A program made the position numbers and the translations under genes. Shown here one piece after another: positions 10,291 through 20,357 of a stretch of 64,000 nt of DNA. This stretch comes from Candidatus Eiseniibacteriota bacterium (GTDB lineage: Bacteria > Eisenbacteria > RBG-16-71-46). Location of the stretch: assembly GCA_038231135.1 (NCBI GenBank), contig JBBRLX010000016.1, positions 22,751 through 86,750 on the forward strand. The letters are read 5' to 3'. Positions within the stretch are counted from its first letter, which is position 1. Each line of letters opens with the position of its first letter. Below the pieces are notes generated by a model. That model saw only the letters and a program-made list of their open reading frames with translations. It searched no databases and was not told where the DNA came from.

Positions 10291-12486
10291 ATGCTCCTCC
10301 TGTTCTCGCTGACGTTGTTCCTGAGTGCGGCGCTGTTGTTCATGGTGCAGCCGATGATCGCCAAGATGATCCTGCCGCTGCTCGGCGGATCGTCGTCGGT
10401 ATGGACCACCTGCATGCTGTTCTTCCAGACGCTGCTGCTGGCGGGCTATGCCTACGCGCACGCGGCGCCGCGCTGGCTGGGCACCCGCCGCCACGCCATC
10501 GTGCACGCGATCCTGCTGCTGCTGCCGCTGCTGGTGATCCCGATCCGGGTGAGCGGCTGGACGCCGCCCGCCACCGCGAATCCGCTGGCGTGGCTGCTCG
10601 GCCTGCTGTTCGTCACGGTCGGCCTGCCGTTCTTCATGCTGTCCACCCTGGCCCCGCTGCTCCAGCGCTGGTTCGCGGAGACCACGCACGAGGCCGGACA
10701 CGATCCCTACTTCCTCTACGCCGCGAGCAATACCGGCAGCCTGCTGGCACTGCTCGCCTACCCGTTCGTGGTCGAGCCCAACCTGAAGCTGGGAACCCAG
10801 ACGTGGGTGTGGACCGGCGGCTACCTGGTGCTGGTCCTGCTCGTGGCGGCGTGCGCGTTCGTGTTGTGGCGGCGGCACCGGGTCGGCGCCAGGGGTTCGG
10901 CCGCGGCCGAAGCCCCGCCATCCACCCCGTCGCCGGGCGACCGCTCCGCTGCCGGCGCCGCGCCCACCGTGGGCCGGCGGCTGCGGTGGATTGCATGGTC
11001 GTTCGTGCCGTCGTGCCTGATGCTCGGCCTCACCACGTACATCACCACCGACATCGCCCCGTTCCCGCTGCTGTGGGTCGTGCCGCTCGCGCTCTATCTG
11101 CTGTCGTTCATCATCGTGTTCGCGCGCCCGCCGGCGTGGACGCACCGCGTGCTGATCGGCGTGCTGGCGCTGGCCGTGATCCGGCTCGCGATGCTCAGGC
11201 TGTCTCACACGCCGGTGAGCGTGGCGGAGTTGCTGATCGTGCACTTCGTCACGTTCTTCGTGGCGGCGCTCGTGTGTCACGGCGAGCTGGCCCGCACGCG
11301 GCCTGAGGCCGGGTATCTCACAGAGTTCTATCTATGGATGGCGTTCGGCGGCATGCTGGGCGGCGTGTTCAACGCGCTGATCGCGCCCCGGATCTTCGAT
11401 CGCGTGATCGAGTACCCGCTCGCGTATGCGCTGGTGTGCCTGCTGCGCCCGCGGTTCGGAGCGGCGGCCCCGGAACCGCGGCGCGCGGCGACGCCCGCCC
11501 CGTCACGGGCGGCGCGGCGGGCGGGCGGCAAACCCCCGCCGGGTTCCGCGCCCGCGATGCCACGCGGGGGCGTGGTACACGCGCTCGTCACCGTCGGCTG
11601 GGTCGTGATGGGGCTCGGCGTCGCGGCCGTGTTCCTCGCCCAGTCGATCGGCGGCGACCCGCGCCTCGTGCTCCACAGCGACCGCAGCTTCTTCGGCGTG
11701 AATCGCGTGAAGCTGGGGCCGTTGCCGACGATGGTGAGCCTGTTCCACGGCACCACCACGCACGGGATCCAGAGCCGCGTCCCCGCCGATCGCGGCATCC
11801 CGATGGGCTACTACCATCGCACGGGGCCGATCGGCCAGCTCATGACGGCGCTCGACTCGGCGAGCGCCGCGCCCCGCCGCGTGGGCCTCGTGGGCCTCGG
11901 CATCGGCACGCTCGCGGCCTATGGCCGTGCGGGCGACCGCTACACGTTCTTCGAGATCGATCCAGCGGTCGAGAAGCTCGCGACGAACACCGCGTACTTC
12001 ACGTATGTGTCCGACGCCCGCGCGCGCGGCGTAGATCTGACCGTGGTGCTGGGCGACGGGCGCATCCAGCTGGCCCGCAGCACCGACCGATTCGGCGTGA
12101 TCGTGCTCGACGCGTTCAGCTCGGACGCGATTCCGCTGCACATCCTGACGCGCGAGGCGTTCCGGCTCTATCTGAGCCGGCTCGAGCCGGGCGGCGTGAT
12201 CGCCGCGCACATCTCGAGCAAGTTCTTCGACCTGGCACCGGTGCTGGGGGATCTGGCGGCCGATGCCGGCCTCGTGTGCCTGTATCAGAAGGACGCGTCC
12301 ACGACCCCGGAGGAACGCCGCCAGGGGAAACTCTCGTCCCAGTGGGTGGTGATGGCGCGCAACGCCGCCGACCTGGACGCACTCGCGCGTGATTCGCGAT
12401 GGACGCGGCTCCCGGCGCGACCCGGCGTACGGGTGTGGACCGACGATTATTCGAACGCGCTGAGCGTCATCCTGTGGGGCGGATGA
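10291..12486 (+). CDS. Fused membrane domain/spermidine-synthase-like SAM methyltransferase
   Basis: LFLSAALLFMVQPMIAK N-terminus, many TMs, VGLGIGTLA, FEIDPAV, LDAFSSD, WTDDYS. Confidence 0.9.
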   Translation: MLLLFSLTLFLSAALLFMVQPMIAKMILPLLGGSSSVWTTCMLFFQTLLLAGYAYAHAAPRWLGTRRHAIVHAILLLLPLLVIPIRVSGWTPPATANPLAWLLGLLFVTVGLPFFMLSTLAPLLQRWFAETTHEAGHDPYFLYAASNTGSLLALLAYPFVVEPNLKLGTQTWVWTGGYLVLVLLVAACAFVLWRRHRVGARGSAAAEAPPSTPSPGDRSAAGAAPTVGRRLRWIAWSFVPSCLMLGLTTYITTDIAPFPLLWVVPLALYLLSFIIVFARPPAWTHRVLIGVLALAVIRLAMLRLSHTPVSVAELLIVHFVTFFVAALVCHGELARTRPEAGYLTEFYLWMAFGGMLGGVFNALIAPRIFDRVIEYPLAYALVCLLRPRFGAAAPEPRRAATPAPSRAARRAGGKPPPGSAPAMPRGGVVHALVTVGWVVMGLGVAAVFLAQSIGGDPRLVLHSDRSFFGVNRVKLGPLPTMVSLFHGTTTHGIQSRVPADRGIPMGYYHRTGPIGQLMTALDSASAAPRRVGLVGLGIGTLAAYGRAGDRYTFFEIDPAVEKLATNTAYFTYVSDARARGVDLTVVLGDGRIQLARSTDRFGVIVLDAFSSDAIPLHILTREAFRLYLSRLEPGGVIAAHISSKFFDLAPVLGDLAADAGLVCLYQKDASTTPEERRQGKLSSQWVVMARNAADLDALARDSRWTRLPARPGVRVWTDDYSNALSVILWGG

Positions 12487-12549
12487 TGCGACCGCAGCGG
12501 GGTGCCGGCGCCGCGACTTCATGATCCTGCGCCCGAGCACCAAGCGATC

Positions 12550-12576
12550 GGGCGCCTGCCGGTTTGGCAGGCGCCC
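12550..12576. terminator. GC-rich hairpin between convergent genes
   Basis: GGGCGCCTGCC-GGTTT-GGCAGGCGCCC; no clear U tract. Confidence 0.5.
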
Positions 12577-12633
12577 TCGCCTGGCCGTCGGGTGCCTCGC
12601 CAGGCACCGAAGGCCACTCGTGCAGACGAGTTC

Positions 12634-13170
12634 CTAGTGGTGCACGTTCTGGCCGCCGGCGCGCCATTCGCTCTCGAAGTACCGGGCATCGTCGTCGGTG
12701 CGGGGCGTAACGCCCATCACGATGCGGCCGTCCCGGATGTCCTTCTCGTACAGCTTCGCCCGGTCCTCCGGGATGCCCGCGCCCACGAGCAGACCGACGA
12801 GTCCACCCGCGGCGCCGCCGGCGGCGCCACCCGCCAGGGCTCCGGCGATCGGGCCCGCAATGACCAGGCCGATGCCCGGCAGCGTCAGAGCGGCAGTCGC
12901 CGCCGCGATCGCCGTGAGCGTCGCGCCGATGGCTCCGCCGACGGCGCCGCCGACTCCCGCGCCCTCCAGGGCCTTGTTGCCGAGGTCGGTCTTGTCATGA
13001 ACCTGGAAATGCTTCTTGCGCGTGTCGTCCGACATCATCACGTGAATGTCGTTCTTGCCATACCCGCGCGTCGACATCGATTCGTATGCGCGCTCCGCGG
13101 CCACGCGATCGGCAAACGAGCCGGTGACCAGCGCCTGCTGTGTGGCGGTGCGACGAAGATCGTCCGTCAT
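12634..13170 (-). CDS. Glycine-zipper general-stress-type membrane protein
   Basis: EGAGVGGAVGG...LVIAGPIAGAL...GAGIPEDRAKLYE; GGAGG RBS. Confidence 0.85.
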   Translation of the reverse strand: MTDDLRRTATQQALVTGSFADRVAAERAYESMSTRGYGKNDIHVMMSDDTRKKHFQVHDKTDLGNKALEGAGVGGAVGGAIGATLTAIAAATAALTLPGIGLVIAGPIAGALAGGAAGGAAGGLVGLLVGAGIPEDRAKLYEKDIRDGRIVMGVTPRTDDDARYFESEWRAGGQNVHH

Positions 13171-13254
13171 AGATCCCTCCATTGATGACGTGGTGAGCGA
13201 AACGCTGCCCAGACTCGGCACCCGAATCGATCGGGGCCTGTCCGGTCTCGCTGC

Positions 13255-13270
13255 AGCAAGCCCGATGCCA
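13255..13270 (-). promoter_or_regulatory. Sigma-54 -24/-12 promoter
   Basis: TGGCATCGGGCTTGCT, about 85 nt upstream of start. Confidence 0.65.
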
Positions 13271-13488
13271 TCAATGTCCGGGGTGCGGGCGGCGAAGTTA
13301 CCGGCGCGCGTCCGTCGAAATGTCGAACGGAACGTCGCTCGCGACCCACCGAGGTTCAAAATCCGGGTAGAACTTTCCCTGCGACGCCGTTCATTTGTCC
13401 GCGATGGGTCGCATCGCATCGTTCCATTGTCGCCTCCTGAACAATCCGTGATCGGGGTCCGCGGGAGGAAACACCGGCCGTGCCGTCG

Positions 13489-14112
13489 TCAGGGCAGCAC
13501 CGTCACCCGTACGTTATCGTAGACCACCTCGCACTCGCCGACGCCTCCCGTATACGCGGCCAGGGCGATGCGGCCGGCGGGCAGCGAGTTTCGACGGTCG
13601 GTGTAGTCGATCGCGAGACTCCCGTTCACGAACACCTGATACCTGGCCCCCTGAACCCGCACCGCGAGGTGCAGCCAGCGACCGTTGTGCTGCTCCACGG
13701 GAGCCGAGCCGAGTCGCATGAGCTTCCGGTACATGACGACGTCGTTGTAGCCGGGGCCGCGCACGTCCACTCCCACGCCCTGGCCACCGTGAACGCGCAC
13801 CGCGATACCCTTGTCGACGCCCCGCAGGCCGTCCACGTCGACGTCGACCTGGTAGTTGGTCCAGGTCTCGGAGCCCAAGTAGGCGAAGGATCTCAGATGC
13901 TTCTGGTGGGGAAGCTCCGCGTGGAGGCGACCCGAACGCAGCGACCACACGCCGTCACGATCGAACGTCCAGCCCGTGAGGTCGGTGGACTCGAAGGACT
14001 CGATTCGCTGCGAAGGCGGGGATGGCTCTGCCCGGGCCGCGGGCAGAACGAGCGGCAGACACGCCATCGTGAGCAGGATGCGGAGGCGGGTCGATGCGGG
14101 GACCGGGCTCAT
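13489..14112 (-). CDS. Secreted DUF1080-type (LamG/ConA-like) protein
   Basis: Signal peptide; DLTGW...WTNY...WLHLAVRVQG...GRIAL...YDNVRV; start uncertain. Confidence 0.75.
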   Translation of the reverse strand: MSPVPASTRLRILLTMACLPLVLPAARAEPSPPSQRIESFESTDLTGWTFDRDGVWSLRSGRLHAELPHQKHLRSFAYLGSETWTNYQVDVDVDGLRGVDKGIAVRVHGGQGVGVDVRGPGYNDVVMYRKLMRLGSAPVEQHNGRWLHLAVRVQGARYQVFVNGSLAIDYTDRRNSLPAGRIALAAYTGGVGECEVVYDNVRVTVLP

Positions 14113-14373
14113 TGCACTGCCAGCGGCAACCCTCCGGGACAGAAACGCGGCAAGCCCGTGCAACATATCATGAACTCAAAGCGTTGCCGGGCTGACTACC
14201 ACGCAACGCTATGGCGACCCGGCGCGAAATGAACCACCATCCCCGGCGGGGTCGAATCCAAATGAGTGCCACCCCCTAGGCCGCCCCCACGACCCGCTTC
14301 CGGGTTCGCTTCAGTTCGTGGGATGCTTCCTGCCAGCCTGCCGCCATCCGTGCCCTACCTAAGAGGACCCTGC

Positions 14374-15411
14374 GTGTTCTGGAACCTGCTGTGGATTGTC
14401 ACTGCCCTGCTCTCGACCGGCCTCTCCAGCCTGTCGAATGGGATCGCGACGCGGAGTCCCGGGGCGACCCGGCGGATCGACGGAGCGCGCGACTCGAGTG
14501 GCACCGCATCCGGTGCAACCGCTGGGAGCCTCGAATCGTTCGATTCGGATCGCGCCCCGTTCTCGCTGTTCGTCGGCGGCGAGGACGTGCCGTTTCGCGT
14601 GATGGCCGTCTATGCGCTGCCCGGCGAGGAGCTCCCGATTCAGGTGACGTCGGCAGACCCCGGCATCCAGGTCATGGCCGGCGCCGCCGATCTGAGGGCG
14701 GTGAGTCCCGGGCGCTGGATGCTGCGCGCTCCCCTCGTTCCGGCCACATACCCGATTCGGATCGGCCCTCCCGGCGGGGCATCGGTCATCGTGAACCTGT
14801 TCGTGCTCGTTCCCTACGACCGGATGCGGCACGGTGTACTGGAGGGCTACCGGATCGGCGAGTACCCGAATCCCGATGCGCGTGGTGACTGCCGGTTCGA
14901 TCGGCCGCGTGGATTCATCCGGGTGACGGCAGCCGACGATTCGATTCAGCTGTCGCCGCATTTCCAGCTGTGGCAGTTCGTGTGCAAGGAGTGCCCGAGT
15001 TATCCCAAGTTCCTGGTGGTCCAGCCGACGCTGCTGATCAAGCTCGAGCGCCTGCTCGCCACCGCGCGCACGCACGGCGTCGAACTCGGGACCTTCCACG
15101 TCATGAGCGCCTACCGCACGCCCCTCTACAACAAGGGCATCGGCAACCCGACGACGTTCAGCCGCCACCAGTACGGGGACGCGGCGGACATCTTCGTGGA
15201 CGAGCATCCCCGGGACGGCAGGATGGACGACATCAACCACGACGGTCGCGTCGACCGGAAGGATGCGGCACTGCTCCGCAGCTGGGCCGAGACGCTCGAT
15301 CGCGATCCCACCGAGGGCGTGCTGGTGGGCGGGCTGTCGGACTATGGCCCCACCGGGAGTCACGGACCGTTCGTGCACGTCGACGCACGCGGTTATTCCG
15401 CCCGCTGGTAG
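14374..15411 (+). CDS. Peptidase M15 (Zn D-Ala-D-Ala carboxypeptidase-like)
   Basis: LSPHF, SAYRTP..N, SRHQYGDAAD, FVHVDARG; EF-hand-like DINHDGRVD; AAGAGGA before GTG. Confidence 0.88.
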   Translation: MFWNLLWIVTALLSTGLSSLSNGIATRSPGATRRIDGARDSSGTASGATAGSLESFDSDRAPFSLFVGGEDVPFRVMAVYALPGEELPIQVTSADPGIQVMAGAADLRAVSPGRWMLRAPLVPATYPIRIGPPGGASVIVNLFVLVPYDRMRHGVLEGYRIGEYPNPDARGDCRFDRPRGFIRVTAADDSIQLSPHFQLWQFVCKECPSYPKFLVVQPTLLIKLERLLATARTHGVELGTFHVMSAYRTPLYNKGIGNPTTFSRHQYGDAADIFVDEHPRDGRMDDINHDGRVDRKDAALLRSWAETLDRDPTEGVLVGGLSDYGPTGSHGPFVHVDARGYSARW

Positions 15412-15436
15412 GCGGTTTCCCCCGCCGGCCTGTGGA

Positions 15437-15607
15437 TCACCTGTGGATGGGTGGGGATAACTCCGAGCTCGAAGCGGTCTGGGCCGTGGGTACACGGTCC
15501 GCCGCCTTGCCAAACTGGACGCCGACCAGCAGCAGTATGAAGAACAGCAGCATCCCGATGATGGATCGATCCAGCAGGCTCCAGGTCTTGTGCGGGGCAA
15601 CGTCCAT
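15437..15607 (-). CDS. Small single-TM hypothetical protein
   Basis: MDVAPHKTWSLLDRSIIGMLLFFILLLVGVQFGK...; GGAG upstream. Confidence 0.55.
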   Translation of the reverse strand: MDVAPHKTWSLLDRSIIGMLLFFILLLVGVQFGKAADRVPTAQTASSSELSPPIHR

Positions 15608-15803
15608 TGGGAACTCCGGTCTGGGCGACAAGGGGTGAACGGCTCGGGGCCACCTACTCCCTATCAACCCCCGTGCCGTCGACGTAACCCGCGTGGCCGC
15701 AGTTGCAGGCGCTTCCCGTTCCGCCCGCCAATGCCCGTTCTTACCGTTCGCGCGGCGGTTTCTTCAATCGACCGGTGAGGCTCAGCGACCGCCGTCCCAT
15801 CGC

Positions 15804-16034
15804 TCACGCGCTCCGGCGGTGCGGCGCGGGGCGTGCGGCGCGGCGGACCATTCCCGCTGACTTGCCCGCGCGTTCCAGGCTGAGCTCGAGGAGCGGCTTG
15901 AGGTCCACGACCTCCTTCGCCGGCCGCTCGTTCGCCGCGGACGCGTCGGGCTCGACGATGGCATGGGTGTCCCCCGACTTCACCTTGCGCGCGACCAGCG
16001 CCGAGTCGCTGCCCTTCCAGAATGCTCGCGCCAC
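15804..16034 (-). pseudogene. ku: Internally deleted Ku (NHEJ) gene, in-frame 76 aa mini-Ku
   Basis: Ku N-terminus MARAFWKGS joined to Ku-like C-terminus RKVKSGDTH...EVVDLKPLLELSL plus basic tail; AAGGAG RBS; near topoisomerase IB. Confidence 0.75.
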
Positions 16035-16292
16035 GTTCTCGCTCCTTTCCGGTGAGTCGGCTCAAGGTTTGCTGAGCCCGCTAAGCAGACGCCACGCCAG
16101 TGACCGGTGGCGAGACCGCACACTACCTTCGGAAGTGCGATCAATTGCTTGATTCTGCAGGATTTCGCGTTGCGCGTTCCATCGGGCACAATCCGGCCCG
16201 CCGATCGCGAATCCGCGCCGCCAAGAGGCAGAACTTACAAAGCGGCACCGTCCCCCCGGGGACGGACCGCGCCCGAATCGGATGGAGGATTC

Positions 16293-16382
16293 ATGCTCTG
16301 GGGAATTCTGGTGCTGGCGGCGTCCGCGATCGTGAGCGGAATTCAGCGCAACCTGCCCGGCCTGTGGCCGGGCAAGCGCTGA
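16293..16382 (+). CDS. Possible 29 aa hydrophobic peptide
   Basis: GGAGG RBS; MLWGILVLAASAIVSGIQRNLPGLWPGKR. Confidence 0.4.
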   Translation: MLWGILVLAASAIVSGIQRNLPGLWPGKR

Positions 16383-16449
16383 ACCTCGTTCGCCGAACGT
16401 AATTCGAGTGACCGCAGTTGGGATGAACCACACTCCAAGGAGGCCCCCG

Positions 16450-17010
16450 ATGTCCCGCCGCTTCAGCGTATCCGCCGCCATCGTGCTGGGAATGCTGCTG
16501 GGATCGTGCTCGAGCATGAAAGACAGCTCGTCCGGCGCCGCCGCGGGCAATGCCACCGCCAAACCGGCCGGCGTCCAGCGCGCCACCGCGGAGGTGGGCC
16601 CCACCGAGGGCAACACGGCCAAGGGCACCGTGACGTTCACGCGCCAGAGCAAGGGCGTGCGCGTCGTCGCCGAGCTCACCGGTCTCCCGCCCGGCACCCA
16701 CGGGTTCCACATCCACGAGAACGGCGACTGTTCCGCCGCCGACGGCAGTTCGGCCGGCGGACACTTCAACCCGACCGGCATGACACACGGCGGCCCGGAC
16801 GCGGCCCAGCACCACATGGGGGACCTGGGAAACATCACGGCGGACGCGTCGGGATCGGCGCATTACGATCGCGTCGTGGCAGACTTCAGCCTGGACGGTC
16901 CGAACACGCTCGTGGGACGCGCGGTCGTCGTGCACCTGAACGCGGACGACCTCACCTCCCAGCCTGCCGGCAATTCGGGGCCGCGCATCGCGTGCGGGGT
17001 GATTCGCTAG
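16450..17010 (+). CDS. sodC: Cu/Zn superoxide dismutase, lipoprotein
   Basis: LLGSC lipobox; HGFHIHENGDC, GGHFNP, HMGDLGN, GPRIACGVI. Confidence 0.95.
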   Translation: MSRRFSVSAAIVLGMLLGSCSSMKDSSSGAAAGNATAKPAGVQRATAEVGPTEGNTAKGTVTFTRQSKGVRVVAELTGLPPGTHGFHIHENGDCSAADGSSAGGHFNPTGMTHGGPDAAQHHMGDLGNITADASGSAHYDRVVADFSLDGPNTLVGRAVVVHLNADDLTSQPAGNSGPRIACGVIR

Positions 17011-17042
17011 CGGTCCGTGCGGACATGGACTCCCGGTTGGGA

Positions 17043-18065
17043 ATGACGACCATCGAGCGGCTGCAGGCGCGCGGCATCCGGCGCATTCGTACGCGCACGG
17101 GCGTTCGCTATGCAGCCGCCGGTGGGGGCCGTGTCACCGCCGCCGACCGCGAACGGATCGCGGCGCTGCGCATACCGCCGGCGTGGCGCGACGTCGCGAT
17201 CAGCCCATCGGCGCGCAATCCTGTGCAGGCGGTCGGCCGCGACAAGGCCGGCCGCTGGCAATACCTCTACCACGCGGCCCACGTCGCGCGGCGCGAACGC
17301 CGCAAACAGGAGCGGCTGCTGCGGTTCATCGCGTCGCTGCCGAGGATGCGCCGGACGATCGCGAAGGACCTGGCGCAGCCCGGCATCCCGCGCACCAAGG
17401 TGCTGGCCGGCATCCTGCGCGTGCTGTCGACGTGCTTCCTGCGTCCGGGCAGTGCCGTGTATGCGCGCGAGAACGGCAGCTATGGAATCGCCACCCTGCG
17501 CAGTCGCCACGTGCAGGTCGTGGGTCCGGTGGTGCGATTCGACTTCGTCGGCAAGTCCGGCCAGCGCCAGCAGCGTGAGCTGCGCGACCGGCGGCTGGCC
17601 ATGCTGGTCCGCGAACTGCTGCGCCACCCGGGCGAGGTGTTCAAGTTCCGCGCGGAATCGGGCGCGATCACGGACGTGACCACCGCCCATATCAACGCCT
17701 ATCTCAAGGACGTGATGGGCCAGCAGTTCAGCGCCAAGGACTTCCGCACCTGGGCCGCAAATCTGCTGTTCGCCCATCTGCTCGCGCGGTCGGAGTCCAC
17801 GGCGCCGGCGTCCCGTGCGGCCCGGCCGTCCCGCACCACGCTGCGGCGCGAGGTCACGGCCGCGATCCGCGAGGTGTCGGAACATCTCGGCAACACGCCC
17901 GCGGTGTGCCGGACGTCCTACGTGTTCGACCGGCTGCTCGAGGGCCACCTGCGCGGCCGCCGGCTGCGCACCATCGCCGGCACCTCGGCCGCATTCGGGA
18001 GCTGGAGCCGGGGAACGCTGGAACGCAACGAGCGCGCACTGGCGAAGCTGCTGCGCGCGAGCTGA
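17043..18065 (+). CDS. DNA topoisomerase IB (bacterial/poxvirus-like)
   Basis: IPPAW, GRWQYLYH, R.G...Y, FVGKSG, KDFRTW, HLGNTPAVCRTSY. Confidence 0.93.
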   Translation: MTTIERLQARGIRRIRTRTGVRYAAAGGGRVTAADRERIAALRIPPAWRDVAISPSARNPVQAVGRDKAGRWQYLYHAAHVARRERRKQERLLRFIASLPRMRRTIAKDLAQPGIPRTKVLAGILRVLSTCFLRPGSAVYARENGSYGIATLRSRHVQVVGPVVRFDFVGKSGQRQQRELRDRRLAMLVRELLRHPGEVFKFRAESGAITDVTTAHINAYLKDVMGQQFSAKDFRTWAANLLFAHLLARSESTAPASRAARPSRTTLRREVTAAIREVSEHLGNTPAVCRTSYVFDRLLEGHLRGRRLRTIAGTSAAFGSWSRGTLERNERALAKLLRAS

Positions 18066-18123
18066 TCGGCGTATGAACTGCGCTCCACCACCACGAGCCG
18101 GTGGAGATTCCGCCGCGAGATCC

Positions 18124-19869
18124 TCAGGCCCCGGGCAGCACCCAACCGAGCAGCGCGCGGAAGCTCGCCGCGAGCGCGAGGCCGCAGCCGGCGCCGATCA
18201 CCACGTCGCTCGGATAGTGCACACCCAGATACAGCCGTGACAGCGCGACCAGGAACGCATAGGCATAGAACAGCGTGCCCAGTTGCGGCAGGTACGGGGT
18301 GAGCAGCATGGCGCCGGCGAACGCGGCCGCGGTGTGGCCGGACGGGAACGACGAATCGGAGGGCTTCCGCCCCACGACGCGCGCCTTGATGTAGGCGATG
18401 AACGGCCGCTCCCGGCAGAACACCGCCTTGATCGGATAGTTCACGGTCAGCATGGTGAGCCACAGCGCGCCGATCATCCGCACCGCGATCCAGCCGCCAT
18501 TCCCGGGGGTGAGCCAGCCCACCACCAGCGCGAGGGCGACCCACAGCTCGCCATAGTCCATGCCGCGCGACACGCCCACCATCAGCAGGTCCAGCAGTGA
18601 TCCCCCCGACAGCCCGTTGATCTTGAGGAACAGCGCCGCGTCGTGCGCCGCGACCGTCGACACGCGATGCCGCAGCACGTGCTCGGCGATGTGCGCCAGC
18701 ACCCGGCGGCGCTGCGGATTCGCGCGGACGCGGCTCTCTTCGAGGCGGGTGGCCGCGGTCGTGACCGGCGCGGGGAGCGGATGTCCGGGTGGCGCGGCTT
18801 CCGCGGCGGCCGCCGAGGGCGCGATATCCTGCATCGCCTCCGGCACCACCACGCTCACCACGCCACGCACGACCCGGAGCAGGATCGGGGTCTCGCCGAT
18901 CAGCTCGCCGTCGCCCTGCACCGGCAGCGGCCGGTGGCTCTCGATCCGCACCTCCTCGCGCACCGACAGGAATCGCGCGTTGTCGTCGTTGCGGTGTCGT
19001 CCGGTAAGGAACCGCCAGGCGAGGCGCACGGTGTCGGAAGCGGTGTGGACGTCGTACACGCAGATGTCGAGGACGCCGTCGGTGGCGTCGATGTCGGGCC
19101 CCCAGGTGAACGGCGACGCCGCGAACGTACCGGCATTCGCCACCACCACCTGCCAGGCGCGCACGCGCAACCGCCGTCCGTGGTCGACCTGAATGTAGAA
19201 CCGGCTCGCGCGATGGCCCGCGATCGTGCGCAGGAACGACAGGAAGTACGCAAGGCGGCCGAGGCGCTGCTGATCCGCGCGCGAGGTGTCCGAGATCATG
19301 CGCGCATCGAAGCCGACACCGACCTGCGTAAGGTACCTGCGGCCGCCGACTTCCATGGCGTCGAGGTCCGAGATGCGACGGCGCTCGGCGCACACGGCGA
19401 CCGCGGTCTCGAGGTCGGGCGGGATGACGAGTTCCTGCGCCAGGATGTTGGCGGTGCCGAGCGGCACGATGCCGAGCAGCATGCGGCTGCCGTCCACCGC
19501 CTCCGCGCCCGACGCCGCGAGCCGGTTCGCCGCCAGCGACACGGTGCCGTCGCCGCCGGCCGCGATCACCAGGTTGAAATCGTCCGCGCGGGCCTGGGCG
19601 ATCTCGCGGTCGAGCGCGCGCTCGCATTCGCTGCCCGGGAACGTCTCGAACACCCGGAACGTGCCCCCGCGGGCCTCGAACACCTGCTTGAGAATCTCCT
19701 CGAGTCGCGCCCGGTCCGCATGGGGTGCCACCGGATTCATCACGACGAGGGCACGCGGCGGTAGCGATGGCGCCCGGGCGACGACCTCTCCCGCGCCCGA
19801 AGCGTCCGCGACGCCCGGCGAGTGGGTGGCGCCGGGCATGACCACGGGATCCGGCACGGGCGCCACCAC
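18124..19869 (-). CDS. Diacylglycerol-kinase-family/PAP2 phosphatase fusion
   Basis: NP, GGDGT, PLGTAN, DGE kinase motifs then K-x6-RP, SFPSGH, SRLYLGVHYPSD; start uncertain. Confidence 0.88.
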   Translation of the reverse strand: MVAPVPDPVVMPGATHSPGVADASGAGEVVARAPSLPPRALVVMNPVAPHADRARLEEILKQVFEARGGTFRVFETFPGSECERALDREIAQARADDFNLVIAAGGDGTVSLAANRLAASGAEAVDGSRMLLGIVPLGTANILAQELVIPPDLETAVAVCAERRRISDLDAMEVGGRRYLTQVGVGFDARMISDTSRADQQRLGRLAYFLSFLRTIAGHRASRFYIQVDHGRRLRVRAWQVVVANAGTFAASPFTWGPDIDATDGVLDICVYDVHTASDTVRLAWRFLTGRHRNDDNARFLSVREEVRIESHRPLPVQGDGELIGETPILLRVVRGVVSVVVPEAMQDIAPSAAAAEAAPPGHPLPAPVTTAATRLEESRVRANPQRRRVLAHIAEHVLRHRVSTVAAHDAALFLKINGLSGGSLLDLLMVGVSRGMDYGELWVALALVVGWLTPGNGGWIAVRMIGALWLTMLTVNYPIKAVFCRERPFIAYIKARVVGRKPSDSSFPSGHTAAAFAGAMLLTPYLPQLGTLFYAYAFLVALSRLYLGVHYPSDVVIGAGCGLALAASFRALLGWVLPGA

Positions 19870-19934
19870 GCACTCCGCTCCACCGGACTGAACGCCCGGA
19901 TCATGCGCGGGGTCGGGAGCGGCCGTGTGACTCC

Positions 19935-20039
19935 TCACGGGGCGCTGGGACGGGTGACGCTGTCTGCCTGCTCCTCCGCAACCGTGGTCCCGGCGCGGGG
20001 CGCCTGATACTCGTTGCCGCACACTTCGCATCGTGACAC
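19935..20039 (-). pseudogene. Remnant of a prokaryotic metallothionein-like gene
   Basis: GAGGT RBS then MSRCEVCGNEY followed by unrelated residues and an early stop (34 aa). Confidence 0.5.
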
Positions 20040-20357
20040 GACGGCACCTCGGTTCCGGCCTGACTCGTATATTCCATTGCCCCGCGGGTTCTGTGACATG
20101 CAAAGGCCGCGTCAGGTCACATCGTGACCTTGGGGGGTTCCGAACGCACGCCTTGCACGGTTCGAGCCGAGAGCCTCGAGCGGCGGCCAATACGCGACCG
20201 AGAACGCACTCCGCTACGCGTCCGGGACTGGCTCTACCGGCGCGCCGCACTCCGGCACCCCGCCCGGAAATGCCGCGAGGCCCGGCGGCAATTCGCCGCA
20301 GGGCCCCGCCGGTTGCCTGAGTCTTCTCGCGCCGCAGCGGTCGCGGCCACGCTCGAG

